Part shown: in pieces, positions 60,995 to 64,000 of the stretch
Position numbering within the stretch: the stretch's first letter is position 1
How the letters are laid out: the number at the start of each line of letters is the position of its first letter
NCBI GenBank assembly: GCA_051942205.1
Contig: JAVECO010000091.1
Coordinates: 1-64,000 of the forward strand
Length of the DNA stretch: 64,000 nt
Direction of reading: 5' to 3'
Origin: Coniocarpon cinnabarinum
Lineage: Eukaryota
Notes under the pieces: model-generated
The model's input: only the letters and a program-made list of their open reading frames with translations
Database searches by the model: none
What the model was told of the DNA's origin: nothing
Made by a program: the position numbers and the translations under genes

Positions 60995-63559
60995 TCACTC
61001 CTCTTCACTCTCTGAACCGGACTCATCGTCATCGCTTGACTCCATCTTGCCTGGGGGAGATCCGGCGTTGCCCCCGTTGAAGCTGTCGATTTGCTGTTGG
61101 ATAGCAGCCATCTGATTCGCGGTATCAGTGCGCGACATCGGCCTATTGCGCTTGCCCTTCGGCGCATATGAGCCACTGGCATCGGGCTTCGCATCGTAGT
61201 CGTCATCCTCGTCTTTCAACCCGCCATTTTTCGCAACACGTGAGTCAATGTTGCGAAGTTTCTTGAGAATCTCATGCAAGATGTCGTCTGGGATGTCATC
61301 TATGTTGAATTCCATCTCCGATTCGTCAGCGACTACCTCACCGCGATCCCGCATGGCCTTCTTGATCTTATCCGCGATCACATTGATCTCGTCCGTGGGA
61401 AGCTCAAAGATACGACTTGCGATTTCCTCCTTGTCCTTCTGGGTCAGTGGCTTGTTCTTGGGCTTCGACTTGGGCTTCGACTTCTTCTCTTTCTGCGGTG
61501 GGGCCACTCCAACATTGCTCGACTTCTTCTTCTTGCTGCTCTCCGGCTTCGCAGCCTTGGCTTTCTTGTCCTTGGTGGGCTTGGCGGCTTTTGTGGTGCT
61601 TTGACCCATCAAGCTTTGAGTTTGTGCCTGGAGCAGCTTCAGCTGCTCGTTGAGCGCTGCGATTTGTTTCTGTCGCTGCGCTTCCTCATCATCTTCGGAT
61701 TCCTCTTCTTCTTCTTCGCCATCTTCATCGTCATCATCTGGCGAATCACGAGCAGAAGGTGGCGCAAGGGCCTTCACTCTGTCGTTCTTCTTCGCCATCT
61801 GCTCGTCGAAGATCTGCTCGTACTGATGACCCATGGCATTCACTGGATGACCTTCAGGGTTGAATTTGTAGCAATTCTTGAACATCAAGCGAAAGTCATT
61901 CTCAAACTCCTTCAAGTTCTCGTATTGCTGTTCATGGTACTTTTGTCGAATTGTAGAGACATCCATGGGCTTTTTGATGATTTGGTGGTAGTTAGGAATA
62001 CCGAGAGCAACAGGATCCACAGGAGTAAGAAAAGGCGCGGCACAGACGTCTTTGTACCTCGGACGCTCCATTTCCGCAAGAACTTCCCCAGCAAAGGTCA
62101 GTTCGGCTTTGAATTTCTTCTTCTGCGGCTTTGGGTACTGCAAGTCTCGTGGCGCTGGACGCTGAATCTTCCGCTTTGGCCGATCCGCAACGTTTGAATC
62201 GCGCCGCACCAAAGGCACCCCGTTCGCATCAGGCGCGAAGGCCGTGGATGGAGATTGAGCTACGGCTCCCAGGGATTGTCTTGACTCTCGACGCTGCAAC
62301 TCGCGTGTGGGACCTGGCAAGGACGTACGTTTCGGCTTTGACGGCTCAGGCGCGGGATCGCCAGGCTTCGGAAGCTTGCGAAGCTGGGCCTCAAGTTGGG
62401 ATCGAATCATCATACCAGATTGCGCAACAGGATGTGCTTGACCGTTGAAGCGGATGGCGTTGTTGACCATCGTATCGAAATCTGCGACGTAGTCCACTAC
62501 TGATGGATAATCGCGATTCTTGAGCTTTGTTTCCATAGTCGAAAGATCCATAGGCTCTTTTATCAAGTCATAATAGGTCGGCAGATTCAGGGCGACAGGA
62601 TCGACAGGTTTCGAAAAAAGCGAGGCGTGCTTGCCCTTTTTCAGATTTCGCATGCCTTCGATGAGCCGCTTCTGCTGTGTGTCGGTCATCTCCCCCCAAT
62701 CTTCCTTCGTCGAAGCAGAGGACGCCAATCCTGGTGTGGCCGGTGTGACCAGAGCCTCACTCGTCGCGCTCGGAAGAGCTTGGGAGGTGTCGACCGAAAT
62801 ATTTGCTGCAGGCGCTATCGACTCTTGAGCACTCTCGTCTGTTTTCGTACGCTTTGCGGCAGGTTCCTCGACATCATTGTCTTCATCTCGTTCACGTGGA
62901 ATTTTCGTACTGAGACTAGAGTCTCCCGTGCTGGGGTCAGGATTTATAATACCCGGCTCATCATTAGATGCTGGGGCTGCTTGTTCCGTATCGGTTTCGT
63001 CTGGCAACTGCTGAGAGGCTTCAGCCATAGAAGTGTCGACAACACCCGCGTCGTCTTGATGCGATTCTGCAGCTACATCGTCGGACGGAACCGTCTCCGG
63101 CTGTGTCGCGTGAACTGAGTCACCATTCATTTGAGGTTCGGCAGGAGAGGCAAGAGACTCATTCGTGACCGCCCCGCCAGCATCGTCGACAGCTGAATCG
63201 TGCGACTGCACCACCTCAGTTGAAGGGTCGACGTTCGGTGTTTCGGGGACATGATCAGATGAAGGTGGAACAGCGGCAGTGGCCGCAATTTCGTGAGGTG
63301 GTGACGGTATCGAGGATGGTATATCTGGCTTTGCGGGCGCGCTGTCGAGATCTGTCGAAGTCGCATCTCTGTCGGCGAGTGAGTTTTGTTGGACTGCGGC
63401 ACTGCAGCTCGGATCAGCAGGTGTCGTGTGAGCAGGCGCGGGGACCACTGACGCGTTGCTTTTCGACAGTGAGGGCATCTCCTGCTCGGGCGGCGTTGGA
63501 TGTGCATTGCCATTTTCTTGTGGTTGCGCATCGATTGGTGGAGATGCGACGGCGGCCAT
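60995..63559 (-). CDS. BDF1: BET-family double-bromodomain protein
   Basis: Two bromodomains ('FSKPVDPVALNLPTYY..PMDL', 'PFLTPVDPVALGIPNY..PMDV..NCYKFN'), an ET domain ('EMEFNIDDIP') and an acidic SEED tail. Confidence 0.95.
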   Translation of the reverse strand: MAAVASPPIDAQPQENGNAHPTPPEQEMPSLSKSNASVVPAPAHTTPADPSCSAAVQQNSLADRDATSTDLDSAPAKPDIPSSIPSPPHEIAATAAVPPSSDHVPETPNVDPSTEVVQSHDSAVDDAGGAVTNESLASPAEPQMNGDSVHATQPETVPSDDVAAESHQDDAGVVDTSMAEASQQLPDETDTEQAAPASNDEPGIINPDPSTGDSSLSTKIPRERDEDNDVEEPAAKRTKTDESAQESIAPAANISVDTSQALPSATSEALVTPATPGLASSASTKEDWGEMTDTQQKRLIEGMRNLKKGKHASLFSKPVDPVALNLPTYYDLIKEPMDLSTMETKLKNRDYPSVVDYVADFDTMVNNAIRFNGQAHPVAQSGMMIRSQLEAQLRKLPKPGDPAPEPSKPKRTSLPGPTRELQRRESRQSLGAVAQSPSTAFAPDANGVPLVRRDSNVADRPKRKIQRPAPRDLQYPKPQKKKFKAELTFAGEVLAEMERPRYKDVCAAPFLTPVDPVALGIPNYHQIIKKPMDVSTIRQKYHEQQYENLKEFENDFRLMFKNCYKFNPEGHPVNAMGHQYEQIFDEQMAKKNDRVKALAPPSARDSPDDDDEDGEEEEEESEDDEEAQRQKQIAALNEQLKLLQAQTQSLMGQSTTKAAKPTKDKKAKAAKPESSKKKKSSNVGVAPPQKEKKSKPKSKPKNKPLTQKDKEEIASRIFELPTDEINVIADKIKKAMRDRGEVVADESEMEFNIDDIPDDILHEILKKLRNIDSRVAKNGGLKDEDDDYDAKPDASGSYAPKGKRNRPMSRTDTANQMAAIQQQIDSFNGGNAGSPPGKMESSDDDESGSESEEE

Positions 63560-64000
63560 ACCGTTGTGAAGGTATTCGGCCGATGCGCCGCAACGATAGC
63601 AGTGAGGTAGAGCGTGCAAAGGAGCTTTGGTGTCTGTTAGTAGGAGGCCAGTGGCTGTGAATGGCTGTGAATGGCTGTGAAGGTGAGATTGTGATGGATG
63701 AAGATTAGAGAAGGATGCAGGTGGGGCAAATCGAACGTTGCGACGACGCGACAACGCTGTGTTGTTGTTCGGCGCGGAGTTATGGACGGATCAGAAAAAA
63801 AAGTCTGAGATGTGCGGCGCGTGTGAAATAGCTGTCAAGCTCCCTGGGAAATGGCACTTAGGCAGCAGCGAGGACGCGCAAGGTGCACAAGTGAAGGTCT
63901 TCACGCCAGACGATGGTGCAAGTCGCCGTACCTTTTCAAAGATGGATAGACTCTAGAAAGTCGTCCGGGACGAAGGATGCGCAAGGTCCCAAAGCGGCGA

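Overview
Gene-dense, intron-containing nuclear DNA from a filamentous ascomycete (Pezizomycotina; inferred from GT-AG introns with CTRAC branch sites, a RIP-like AT block, PTH11-like and Zn2Cys6 genes). The window opens in an AT-rich RIP-like relic (1-~690). It then carries housekeeping genes: COX12, an NDUFA4/MLRQ-like gene, a PPIE-like RRM, SEC31, MRPL33, SEC6, RRP12, an AKR7-type reductase, mS38/COX24-like, RGP1, PRM1, RRG9, RVB1 and BDF1. Two loci stand out. (1) An accessory island of ~10 kb (40.4-50 kb) immediately downstream of PRM1 holds a tandemly repeated head-to-head module: a PD-(D/E)XK nuclease-like gene paired with a protein-kinase-like gene (A1-K1, A2-K2, plus an orphan K3), with a dimeric MITE between the modules. 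This domain pairing recalls Spok spore killers and Crinkler REase-kinase effectors, but here it is split into two genes, making it a candidate toxin-antidote or drive system. (2) A divergent gene pair at 25.9-27.9 kb together appears to rebuild a full-length bacterial-type Ada protein, split inside the alkyltransferase domain, with an exact Ada box (AAT-N6-GCAA) in the shared promoter. Exon structures were read by eye and family calls come from remembered motifs; no searches were run.
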